A stretch of DNA of 20,000 nucleotides from an uncultured virus (IMG/VR IMGVR_UViG_3300020579_000010) (IMGVR_UViG_3300020579_000010), one strand, 5' to 3'; counted from the first letter of the stretch, positions 1 through 7,460 are shown. Program-made: numbers and translations. Notes: generated by a model from the letters alone, not told the origin.

Positions 1-270
1 ATCTGCTGGGGAGAGATTGGCCTTGCAGGAGAGATTCGCCCTGTGAGCTACAGCGAGGCGCGCATCAAGGCAGCGAAGCTTCTTCATTTCGACATGGTCA
101 TGGGTCCTGTGGCTCCGAGCTACGAAACCGACCATGCACCAAAGCCTGACAGCGATGACGAGGAAGGCGGCTACTTTCCCGTCGCAACGCTCGAAGAGGC
201 GTTCGACGCCCTCGATTTCGACATCACTGTCGCGAAGCCAAAACGGGCGAAATTGAAACGGAAGAAGTGA
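1..270 (+). CDS. radA: 3' end of a RadA/Sms-like protein (Lon-like C-terminal domain); starts before the window
   Basis: Frame 1 is open from base 1 and reads ICWGEIGLAGEIRPVSYSEARIKAAKLLHF...VATLEEAF, matching the RadA C-terminal GE(V/I)GLxGEIRPV..R..A...F pattern. ComM/Lon-like relatives are not excluded. Confidence 0.6.
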   Translation: MCWGEIGLAGEIRPVSYSEARIKAAKLLHFDMVMGPVAPSYETDHAPKPDSDDEEGGYFPVATLEEAFDALDFDITVAKPKRAKLKRKK

Positions 271-277
271 TGGGGTG

Positions 278-403
278 ATGGGGCTAATTTTCATAGCAGT
301 TGTTGTTCTACTGGCCACGCTCGGTTCGCTTGCAGTGTGGACCCTTGATGACGTGAAGAAGAGGTCGAAGAAGTCTTCGCAGAAACCCCCGAAGCCGGTA
401 TGA
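278..403 (+). CDS. Small membrane protein (41 aa): N-terminal TM helix and basic tail
   Basis: Manual translation gives MGLIFIAVVVLLATLGSLAVWTLDDVKKRSKKSSQKPPKPV; too short for the ORF track. Confidence 0.5.
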   Translation: MGLIFIAVVVLLATLGSLAVWTLDDVKKRSKKSSQKPPKPV

Positions 404-499
404 TTGCGGCACCCCAATGAATCCGAGATCAAATCGAAACGGCATAGCCGCAAGAATCGAACGAACGACGCGATCGACTGACCGAAGGGAAGGAAAATC

Positions 500-1441
500 G
501 TGAATCGAAATCGTCCACCCGCTGCCATGCCCGCTCCTGGCTTCCAGACTCCGCTTTTCGCAGGTGCTCAGCATGCTGCGACACAGCAAGCGCAGCCGCT
601 CTACTCGCCCGAGTGCCTTGAGGCGTTGATTCGTCAGTCCGAGTCGAATTACATGATCGCGCGCGAGCGCACGATGAAATTCGACGAAGGGGCAGGCACG
701 CTCGAGATGGAAACGCAGAACATGAGCATTGAGCTTGCCAACCGCGGCATGACCTCTTCGCACGATCCGATGTTGCGGGCCAACGAAGTCATGCGCCAAG
801 AGATGCGAGCGCATCGAAGTCTCCTTGATGCACTTCTTCGCTCGGAGCTCGCTCTCCAAGGAAACTTCAAGCGCTGGGCTTCGGGTCAAATGCCAGCGCT
901 CTCGAATCCGGCTGCATCGATGTTCAATGCTCCGATGCCGCCCCCTCCGCCCATTCCTGGCGGTCAGTATTCACAGTCGGCGGCGACGACGGCGCAAGCG
1001 CAAGGACCGTTTCAACCGCAGCAAGGCTTCGCTCCTCCGCCTCCAGGCGTGCCGCCTCCGATGCCCCTAGGAGCTGTCGACTACCGCGATCCGCGTCAAG
1101 CGGCCGAGGCGCTTCTACGCGCGGCGCCGATGCCGATGGTTCCGCAGCAACAACCTGTTCTTCAGCAGCAGCCGCAAGCTCCATATCCGTATCCGCATCC
1201 CCAGCAGCAAGCTGCGTATCCGTACCCGCAACAGCAGATGCCGCCGCAGTATGCGCCGCAGCAGCCGCAGTACGCGTATCCAGTTCCGCAACAGCAACCG
1301 ATGCCGATGCAGCAACAAGAAGTGGCCCCCACGCAGCAGGCGCCGATGCCGACGAGTATGCAGTTCGAGCAACCGCCGCCTGCGCAGCAAGCTCCACATC
1401 AAGCAGCGCCTGCTCAAGTCAACGGAGCCGCGAAGGCATAG
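500..1441 (+). CDS. Hypothetical protein with predicted helical N-half and Pro/Gln/Tyr-rich low-complexity C-half
   Basis: 313-aa ORF with purine-rich RBS (gaagggaagga) before GTG; PPPPP, QQQP and YPYP tracts. Confidence 0.75.
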   Translation: MNRNRPPAAMPAPGFQTPLFAGAQHAATQQAQPLYSPECLEALIRQSESNYMIARERTMKFDEGAGTLEMETQNMSIELANRGMTSSHDPMLRANEVMRQEMRAHRSLLDALLRSELALQGNFKRWASGQMPALSNPAASMFNAPMPPPPPIPGGQYSQSAATTAQAQGPFQPQQGFAPPPPGVPPPMPLGAVDYRDPRQAAEALLRAAPMPMVPQQQPVLQQQPQAPYPYPHPQQQAAYPYPQQQMPPQYAPQQPQYAYPVPQQQPMPMQQQEVAPTQQAPMPTSMQFEQPPPAQQAPHQAAPAQVNGAAKA

Positions 1442-1445
1442 GAAC

Positions 1446-1745
1446 ATGACGCTCCGGGGCGACAAGACCAAGTGCTCGGTGTGCGGCGGAGGCATCTACC
1501 GTCGCATCTATGGTTTTCCAGACGAGCACTATGCTGGCTGCCCGAAGAACATGAATGCGAAGCCCTCTCCGTCGAAGCTCGGATACGGCGTCTTTCTCTA
1601 CTCGGGCGGCGACTCGTTCGTGGTGCGTACGCTCGATACGCTCCAGCACCCATACAAGATCGAGAACGTACTCAAGACCTACAAACGCAAAGCTGACGCC
1701 GAGCGCTACTGCAACGGTCTCAACGACGGAACCATCAAGCTATGA
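1446..1745 (+). CDS. Hypothetical protein (99 aa) with N-terminal CxxC...H...C motif
   Basis: ATG follows taggaac, 4 nt after the previous stop; the ORF-track start at 1251 overlaps the upstream gene. Confidence 0.7.
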   Translation: MTLRGDKTKCSVCGGGIYRRIYGFPDEHYAGCPKNMNAKPSPSKLGYGVFLYSGGDSFVVRTLDTLQHPYKIENVLKTYKRKADAERYCNGLNDGTIKL

Positions 1746-1975
1746 TGAAAGTGGCTCCTCTCAAGTGGAAGCAAGATGGGTACTTGCATTTCGCGCACGC
1801 GCGCGAGGGCATGTACACCATCGAACAACGTCGAAGCCGCTTCATCGTGACACTGTCCCTTGAGAACGATTCAGTTATGCGAGGTGATGAACAGCAGATG
1901 GGTGTGTACTTGTCGCTCACACTCGCGAAGAAATCCGCCGAGCGAGATCATCAAGCGCTGAGCAAGCTGGACTAG
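1742..1975 (+). CDS. Small hypothetical protein
   Basis: ATGA overlap with the previous stop; 77 aa. Confidence 0.7.
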   Translation: MMKVAPLKWKQDGYLHFAHAREGMYTIEQRRSRFIVTLSLENDSVMRGDEQQMGVYLSLTLAKKSAERDHQALSKLD

Positions 1976-1985
1976 GGAGAAGAGT

Positions 1986-2201
1986 ATGAGTGCCAACAAG
2001 TACAACGTCATCGAGCGCCAACATACTGGCACTGCGGCAAAACCGGGTACGGTCAGACACGTCCACGTATCTGGACCTCACAAATGGGAAACCGCATGGC
2101 GAAAAGCTGCTCTCCTCAATCGTGAAGCGGTGCGCAAATGGAAGCGCGAAGGTTTGTCGGTTCACGATGCTCCATTTTTCACCACTGAAGAGGTCCGATG
2201 A
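1986..2201 (+). CDS. Small hypothetical protein
   Basis: RBS gggagaagag before ATG; 71 aa. Confidence 0.7.
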   Translation: MSANKYNVIERQHTGTAAKPGTVRHVHVSGPHKWETAWRKAALLNREAVRKWKREGLSVHDAPFFTTEEVR

Positions 2202-2437
2202 AGCTCACGCACCTCTCACACAACCACTTTGCGATTTCCGACGCCGACGCCGGACGCCTTGCTCGCGCCTCCGGGCACCCGCTGCCACGCATCGGGTACG
2301 AGGCTGAGGTGCCACTTCCCAATGGCAAGAAGGCGTGGTTGACGCGTACCAATACACACTATCGTGCTGACGGCACCAAACGTGGATGGTCGTGGTCGGT
2401 GTACTCGAATAACCGCATTGTCAGCGACGAAGAGTGA
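2198..2437 (+). CDS. Small hypothetical protein
   Basis: ATGA overlap, preceded by gaagaggtc; 79 aa. Confidence 0.7.
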   Translation: MKLTHLSHNHFAISDADAGRLARASGHPLPRIGYEAEVPLPNGKKAWLTRTNTHYRADGTKRGWSWSVYSNNRIVSDEE

Positions 2438-2488
2438 GTGAAACCGCATCAGCGCTATGGTCAAGTCTACGACGTCTAGGAGAGAAAT

Positions 2489-2723
2489 ATGAAATGGACG
2501 AAGTTCGTTGGACGACATGGAACGAGTTACCATTCGATGGAACCGAATGGCTACGTGATCGACGAACATCTATTCCGATCACGTGGAAGACCGTTTGATT
2601 TGGCTCGAATTTCTACAAGCCCGCACGGCGTTACAAAAGCCAAGTTGCTTGGCTCCTTTAGAGCGTTGACCGAGGCTAAAGAAAAAAGCTCGATTGGATG
2701 CGCGTTCTGCGCGCCGCAATTAG
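2489..2723 (+). CDS. Small hypothetical protein, apparently frameshifted at an A6 run (2682-2687)
   Basis: RBS aggagag. Removing one A gives ...TEAKEKARLDARSARRN* ending at TAG 2721-2723, directly before the next RBS. Confidence 0.5.
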
Positions 2724-2737
2724 GAGAGGACCTCTTT

Positions 2738-2986
2738 ATGGGACACAGGCAAGCCATCGAAACGAAGTATCTCGGCCCAACCAACCACCGCGGCGGGCGC
2801 ATCAAGGCGAGCGCGCAAGCGGGCTCGATCACGATCCCGTGGGACCACGCCTTGAACACCGACAACAACCACGACATGGCCGCGATTGCGCTCCTCAAGA
2901 AGCTCGGCTGGAAGGGTAAGCTCGAGGGTGGCGGCAACGCGCGAGGGAACGGCAACGTCTACGTCTTTATCGAGGGGAAGAGGTAA
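2738..2986 (+). CDS. Conserved phage hypothetical protein (QAIxTKYLGPTNxRGxRIKA family), 82 aa
   Basis: Own RBS (aggagagg) and ATG. The motif QAIETKYLGPTNHRGGRIKASAQAGSITIPWDHAL..NH..AA.AL..KLGW is one I recall from stand-alone phage proteins. Confidence 0.7.
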   Translation: MGHRQAIETKYLGPTNHRGGRIKASAQAGSITIPWDHALNTDNNHDMAAIALLKKLGWKGKLEGGGNARGNGNVYVFIEGKR

Positions 2987-2995
2987 GAAGAGGTC

Positions 2996-3199
2996 ATGAG
3001 CTATCCCAAATACTACGCGTCGACGTATTGCAACAAAACTCATCGCATGAGCGACGGCAAGCCAGTTGAGCACAACTGCTACATCCTTCCGCCTTCGGCA
3101 CTTCGCTTGGAATACGATGGCGACTACGAAGCAGCCATCGAGGTTCTCCAAGCGTCGAAGCCCATGAGGGAGATGCTGCGAGGAGTGAAAAGGTCATGA
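2996..3199 (+). CDS. Small hypothetical protein
   Basis: Preceded by gaagaggtc; 67 aa. Confidence 0.7.
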   Translation: MSYPKYYASTYCNKTHRMSDGKPVEHNCYILPPSALRLEYDGDYEAAIEVLQASKPMREMLRGVKRS

Positions 3200-3360
3200 G
3201 CGACGCATGGGTACCTCCCGCCCTCGCATGGGAAATCACACCGACTCAGCTCAATGTATTGATAGACACAGCGTCTCCGCTGGCGAAACGTAAGCACAGT
3301 CCCAAGGTTCGGAAAGCAGCTGAGCGCATTGTCAAACCAAAGAAAGCAAAACGATCGTGA
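3196..3360 (+). CDS. Small basic hypothetical protein (54 aa)
   Basis: Manual translation MSDAWVPPALAWEITPTQLNVLIDTASPLAKRKHSPKVRKAAERIVKPKKAKRS; ATGA and GTGA overlaps on both sides. Confidence 0.6.
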   Translation: MSDAWVPPALAWEITPTQLNVLIDTASPLAKRKHSPKVRKAAERIVKPKKAKRS

Positions 3361-3587
3361 GCGCGGTCAAAGTGAATAGGGAGTTCACTGTCGAAGTGCG
3401 CAAGGACCAAGACGGCATTTCGCAGGTGTGGTGCGACGGTCCCGACTGGAGCACCGTGACGGAATCCGAGCGCCTCCAGATAGCCAAACACGTGCACGAG
3501 CTACTCGTGTCGAAAGGCTACAATTTGAGCGGTGTCTATCTAGCACCGCGTACCGTCATCGACGGATCGCTCATACTCTGGGATTAG
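3357..3587 (+). CDS. Small hypothetical protein
   Basis: GTGA overlap with the previous stop; 76 aa. Confidence 0.65.
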   Translation: MSAVKVNREFTVEVRKDQDGISQVWCDGPDWSTVTESERLQIAKHVHELLVSKGYNLSGVYLAPRTVIDGSLILWD

Positions 3588-3596
3588 GAGAAGAAC

Positions 3597-3842
3597 ATGG
3601 CGCGCGGCGAACAGTTTTTTATCAACACAGCAACCGAGATGAGTTGGCTTCGCGTAGCGCATTTGCCGCAGGTAGCTGCTGGAACTTACAAGTCCGCTAT
3701 CCTCTACGGCGGTGAATGGTACCCGTCGCGCATCGAACTCTTCAAGGCGAAGAATCCCAAAGCGACTGACACGTGCGTCGTATACCAAAAACAAGGCGGA
3801 AAATTCGTTCGAGCGGGCATTTCGAAACCGGGGATTGGATAA
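3597..3842 (+). CDS. Small hypothetical protein
   Basis: RBS aggagaag before ATG; 81 aa. Confidence 0.7.
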   Translation: MARGEQFFINTATEMSWLRVAHLPQVAAGTYKSAILYGGEWYPSRIELFKAKNPKATDTCVVYQKQGGKFVRAGISKPGIG

Positions 3843-3854
3843 GGGGAAGAGGTC

Positions 3855-4124
3855 ATGGCCTACAGACACAGCATGATCGGGCACCAAGGCGCGCTCAAAA
3901 ACCCCGCAGCCTCGAAGAAAGAGCGTGCGTTCGTAGAGGGTCTCGCCAAGCAGGCGACGAAAGAAGCCCTCGCTGAGAATCTTGCGCGGCTCAAGAGAGA
4001 CGTCAACGGCATCGGCGGCATGAGCTTGGAACACTACAAGCGTATGCCGAAAAAAGAGCTCGTAACCCTGACGGTGATTTACCACCTTCATCAGTTCAAC
4101 CTCGAGACCGACAACTACGATTGA
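3855..4124 (+). CDS. Small hypothetical protein
   Basis: aaggggaagaggtc before ATG; 89 aa. Confidence 0.7.
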   Translation: MAYRHSMIGHQGALKNPAASKKERAFVEGLAKQATKEALAENLARLKRDVNGIGGMSLEHYKRMPKKELVTLTVIYHLHQFNLETDNYD

Positions 4125-4151
4125 AGAGAGAAGAGGCAATCGGTAGGAACC

Positions 4152-4439
4152 ATGAAAAAGCGACCGAGTACAAAACGTAAGCTCGAAGACTTGAAAGCCG
4201 GAAAAACAACGCCTGTCGATGCCAGCATATTGGCGTTCATTGAAGAACCAGGAGTTGACGAGCGTGCCGTCTTGATTTTGGCAAGCGTCTATAACGACGT
4301 AGGACCTCAAAGAGTTGCCGTTCCCTGGGATCTTCAAGTGAAGGCGTCAGATTTTTACAATCGACGTGGTCTTGAAGCTACTCTGAAAGAAATTGTCAGT
4401 TTGGGCGGTTCAAAGTACTTGGAAGGATACTTGAGGTAA
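4152..4439 (+). CDS. Small hypothetical protein
   Basis: ggtagga before ATG; 95 aa; ends the small-gene run. Confidence 0.65.
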   Translation: MKKRPSTKRKLEDLKAGKTTPVDASILAFIEEPGVDERAVLILASVYNDVGPQRVAVPWDLQVKASDFYNRRGLEATLKEIVSLGGSKYLEGYLR

Positions 4440-4506
4440 GCGCTGTGCACATCGCGCACGGAGCGAGGATTCTCTTGTTCGATATCTTTTGGAGCACGAC
4501 TGACGA

Positions 4507-4588
4507 ATGACTCCCCTCGACTTCGCCCATCAGCTGCTTCGTCGACTCGGCGTGCCCGAGTCTGACTCGAACCTCCAGGCGCTCGTCG
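4507..4588 (+). pseudogene. Truncated duplicate (27 codons) of the 5' end of the muramidase-like gene at 5121
   Basis: MTPLDFAHQLLRRLGVPESDSNLQALV versus MTPLDFAHQLLRRLGLPESDSRLQGLV; the first 44 nt are 43/44 identical and similarity stops abruptly after LV. Confidence 0.75.
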
Positions 4589-4590
4589 GT

Positions 4591-4790
4591 GGAACGGCAT
4601 GGCTGCCTCCAACGTTCGGGTTTCGGGTACACGAGGCCCTTGCGCCCGGTCGAGTGTCGATGGATACTTCTATCCGACGACTCGGCAACGAGGCGCCACC
4701 TACGAAAAACAGTGGGGTGCCCTGGTGCTCTGGCGATACGGATTCGTGGTCCGTGCCAGATGCCAGGGCGTCTTGCTTGATCTGGATCAT
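4591..4790 (+). ncRNA. Candidate structured RNA: two tandem rod-like hairpins, each with a GAU bulge
   Basis: Hand-folded hairpins at about 4642-4696 and 4711-4777; G-U pairs favour the + strand; no convincing protein-coding signal. Confidence 0.35.
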
Positions 4791-4817
4791 CGTTACGCAA
4801 CGTGCGAAGATTTGCCG

Positions 4818-5084
4818 ATGCATCCTCTCCTATGGGCCGCAGGCGGCTTTGGTCTTGGCTGGCTAGTTGGACGTCGCTTCGATGAACATCGCGCTCCTGC
4901 TGCCCCTGTTGTGGGCTGGGATTGGCCGTGGGTGGAGGTACCGATCGCGCCCAAAACGACGATGCACACTCAAACCGATCCGTACTCGCTCTACACGCTT
5001 CCTGGAGCGGTCGAACAATTCTACATCCACAAGTACGTCGTCCCAGAGGCAAGAGCATTCGATCGATGGCTCTCTTCGCGCTGA
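4818..5084 (+). CDS. Small protein with N-terminal hydrophobic anchor (88 aa)
   Basis: Begins MHPLLWAAGGFGLGWLVGRR; the in-frame upstream extension to 4599 lies in the hairpin region and looks non-coding. Confidence 0.55.
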   Translation: MHPLLWAAGGFGLGWLVGRRFDEHRAPAAPVVGWDWPWVEVPIAPKTTMHTQTDPYSLYTLPGAVEQFYIHKYVVPEARAFDRWLSSR

Positions 5085-5120
5085 ATGGACGGCGACTCTG
5101 GGACTAGGAGTAGGCAAGAA

Positions 5121-5756
5121 ATGACTCCCCTCGACTTCGCCCATCAGCTCCTTCGTCGACTCGGTTTGCCTGAGTCGGATAGTCGACTTCAAGGTCTTGT
5201 CGCAGTGCAAGCCATCGAAGGCGGGGGAGGACTCGGTCTTCATAATACCGCCTGGTTCAATCCTTTGAACACGATGTGGCCGGTAGATAGTTTTGGATGG
5301 AAACTGATCCCTACTGCAAAACAAGCAGAAGGACTGCTCAAGGGCATCAAGGCATTCGCGTCATGGGACGACGGTGTCGAAGCTACTGCGCGCACGATTT
5401 CGCAAAGCAACATGAAAGGCATTCTCGATGCCCTTCGTCGCGACGCGAGCGCCGACGACATCGTTCGCGCATGGGGGCAGTCTCCGTGGGGCTGGACGAA
5501 GGACGCGGCGTCGAAGGTCGGCAAGGCCGCGACGTACTTCGCCTACTACGCCCACAAGGAGTTCCCCGGTGGCGGCGGTTTTTCCTCTCTCCTACCGCCC
5601 TTGCCGAATCCCGTAGAGGCCATCAAGGATCTTTTCAATCCAAAGACAAAGACGTCCTCGAAAGTCGGCGTCATCATGGTCGGCGTCGGCGCGCTCGCGG
5701 GCATCGCAATGCTGATTCACGTTCTAAAGAGGCCGTCAAAAAAGGTAGTCGCATGA
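5121..5756 (+). CDS. Lysozyme-superfamily (glucosaminidase/muramidase-like) peptidoglycan hydrolase with C-terminal TM anchor
   Basis: RBS aggag; motifs IEGG, FNPLNT, GIKAFASWDDGVEATARTI and SPWG; Pro-rich linker; TM VGVIMVGVGALAGIAMLIHVL followed by KRPSKK. Confidence 0.65.
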   Translation: MTPLDFAHQLLRRLGLPESDSRLQGLVAVQAIEGGGGLGLHNTAWFNPLNTMWPVDSFGWKLIPTAKQAEGLLKGIKAFASWDDGVEATARTISQSNMKGILDALRRDASADDIVRAWGQSPWGWTKDAASKVGKAATYFAYYAHKEFPGGGGFSSLLPPLPNPVEAIKDLFNPKTKTSSKVGVIMVGVGALAGIAMLIHVLKRPSKKVVA

Positions 5757-6160
5757 GTAAAGCTGAAGACAAGAAGATCCTCTCTGCTGCGAAGAAAGCT
5801 GGAGAGCAGTACGCGCTCAACCAAATCGAAGGTGACTACTTTTCGAACTTCGTCGCTGAGCAGGTCTACGCTGCAGTCAAAGACCCAGACGCGCATTTCG
5901 AGACTCTCTCCAAGAGCGGTGCAATGCGTGCAGCGAAAAACATCCTCGTCGACTTGGGCCACGACATCTCGCGCGACCTCGATACACGCGACGCACTCAG
6001 GCGTGCTGGTGTTTCGAATTTCCGAAGCGGAGTCTCCGACAGAGACATGCACGAAGCATTTTGGGAGGGTCTTCACATGGTACTCGACCGCAAGAACACG
6101 CAGAGCTGGCTTGCCGACGAGATCCAGTTCCGTACGAAGGAAGCCAAAGGTTTGGAGTAG
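5753..6160 (+). CDS. Hypothetical protein (135 aa)
   Basis: ATGA overlap with the previous stop; begins MSKAEDKKIL. Confidence 0.7.
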   Translation: MSKAEDKKILSAAKKAGEQYALNQIEGDYFSNFVAEQVYAAVKDPDAHFETLSKSGAMRAAKNILVDLGHDISRDLDTRDALRRAGVSNFRSGVSDRDMHEAFWEGLHMVLDRKNTQSWLADEIQFRTKEAKGLE

Positions 6161-6162
6161 TC

Positions 6163-6342
6163 ATGAGCAAATGGGACATTCACATCTTCAACCCGCGCAA
6201 TCAAACGACGTCGACCAAACGCGGTGTCGAGGTGCCAGGTACTGAATCGAGCATGGCCTACGCTCGCGCGGTCATCATGTGGGCGAGCGCGAAGTACGGC
6301 AAAGCGCAGAAGTACATCCTTGCCGTGCCGCACCGTAAGTGA
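6163..6342 (+). CDS. Small hypothetical protein (59 aa)
   Basis: RBS ggag, ATG 2 nt after the previous stop; begins MSKWDIHIFNP. Confidence 0.6.
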   Translation: MSKWDIHIFNPRNQTTSTKRGVEVPGTESSMAYARAVIMWASAKYGKAQKYILAVPHRK

Positions 6343-6351
6343 CGTGGCAAC

Positions 6352-6810
6352 GTGCCTCTCTCACGCTTGAAGCAGCCTACCTCTTCGGGCGCGCAGCTCC
6401 GGATGTTTGCCAAAGATATGATGCCTATCTCTTCGGTGCGCGGTCCGCTTGAGAAAGACCTCGTCACCATCGTGCGCGGCGAGCTCAAACGTCTCGGCTA
6501 CAAAACATGGTCGGGACGGATCAGGATCTTCGACCGGCCTCTCGATGGCTCGCAGGGCATCCCCTTCATTCCAGCGCTCGAACCGGGCTGTCCCGACATT
6601 TTAGGAGTGTGGCCACCGATGTCACCCGCGCACGGGCGTCTCTTTGGATTGGAGATGAAGCGCGATCTCTCCGAGAAAGAGCGTGCGAGTCAAATCAAGT
6701 GGCGCACCGAGGCCGCCGCAATGCGCATCGCTTGCAAAACTTTCAGTTCCGCAAACGAGGCTGTACAATTCTTGGAGGAGCATCGCCATCTGGCGAACAA
6801 CGAACGATGA
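6352..6810 (+). CDS. VRR-NUC / PD-(D/E)xK nuclease (Holliday-junction resolvase-like)
   Basis: Motifs EKDL..., GCPDILG, GLEMKR and SQIKW in the VRR-NUC order; start codon uncertain. Confidence 0.8.
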   Translation: MPLSRLKQPTSSGAQLRMFAKDMMPISSVRGPLEKDLVTIVRGELKRLGYKTWSGRIRIFDRPLDGSQGIPFIPALEPGCPDILGVWPPMSPAHGRLFGLEMKRDLSEKERASQIKWRTEAAAMRIACKTFSSANEAVQFLEEHRHLANNER

Positions 6811-6992
6811 CCTCTTCAACGACCGATTACCCCTTCGTCTGCGAGTGCGGCGAAGCTTTCGCCACAAGAGGCGAACTCGACGTGCACAAGGGGCTCGACG
6901 CCGAGAACGATTCGCTCATCGGGCGCACGTTCGACGATTTCGCGATGGACTCCGAGCCCGCGCCTCCGGAGCATGACGGAGAAGGGATGTGA
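6807..6992 (+). CDS. Small acidic protein with a degenerate C2H2-like finger (61 aa)
   Basis: ATGA overlap; motif YPFVCECGEAFATRGELDVH. Confidence 0.6.
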   Translation: MTSSTTDYPFVCECGEAFATRGELDVHKGLDAENDSLIGRTFDDFAMDSEPAPPEHDGEGM

Positions 6993-7456
6993 CTACGATG
7001 CCCCCGCGTAGCCATCCTGACGACTACGGCAACGGTGATCGCTTGGATGTTCCAACGGGCAAGAGCGCTGAGGAGTACGCGCGCATTGCAGCAAATTCGG
7101 CTCTGAACTGCGAGTACGCCGTAGGCGGAATGATGAGAGAGCTTGCAGCAACTAGGAGCGCGCAAGCGACGTTTCAGACGAACACCAGCGCCTTCATGCA
7201 AGAAACACGTGCGTTCATGGGCGAGACGCGCGAAGCCTTCAAGCAGCTCGGCGTCAAGGTGCGCAAATCAGAGCGACGCATCGAGGCCAAGGTCGAAGAG
7301 ATTCAAGATGAAGTCGAGGATACGAAGACCCGTAACCTTCGCGAGTTCAAGCACAAATACAACTTCTGGAAGAAGACGTTTGTGGGTAGTGCGATTGCAG
7401 TCGTCGTAGGTGTCGTTACTTTGATTGTCGGGCACTACATATTTCACATAGGGTAA
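6989..7456 (+). CDS. Coiled-coil protein with C-terminal TM helix (holin-like architecture, function unproven)
   Basis: Charged helical middle; TM FVGSAIAVVVGVVTLIVGHYIF. Confidence 0.65.
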   Translation: MTTMPPRSHPDDYGNGDRLDVPTGKSAEEYARIAANSALNCEYAVGGMMRELAATRSAQATFQTNTSAFMQETRAFMGETREAFKQLGVKVRKSERRIEAKVEEIQDEVEDTKTRNLREFKHKYNFWKKTFVGSAIAVVVGVVTLIVGHYIFHIG

Positions 7457-7460
7457 TTGC

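Noticed and set aside
268..283. Tandem TGATGGGG duplication at a gene junction
   Set aside because: Only two 8-bp copies, compatible with chance or trivial slippage.
2438..2479. 13-codon mini-ORF (VKPHQRYGQVYDV) between small genes
   Set aside because: Too short to support; it may be a gene remnant but there is no independent evidence.
3540..4337. Long minus-strand or alternative-frame ORFs (also 8096-8860, 13140-13817, 16881-17705, 17270-17953)
   Set aside because: They overlap better-supported plus-strand genes with RBSs and coupled junctions; such shadow ORFs are expected at this GC content.
4500..4530. Hammerhead ribozyme core (CTGACGA)
   Set aside because: No stem II or GAAA partner at a suitable distance.
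4589..4817. Group I or group II intron interrupting the upstream muramidase copy
   Set aside because: No downstream exon resumes at the expected codons, and no GUGYG start, domain V or P7 core motif is recognisable.
4507..5202. Template/variable repeat pair of a diversity-generating retroelement
   Set aside because: The differences are mostly synonymous and not adenine-specific, the repeat is at a gene 5' end, and no reverse transcriptase is visible.
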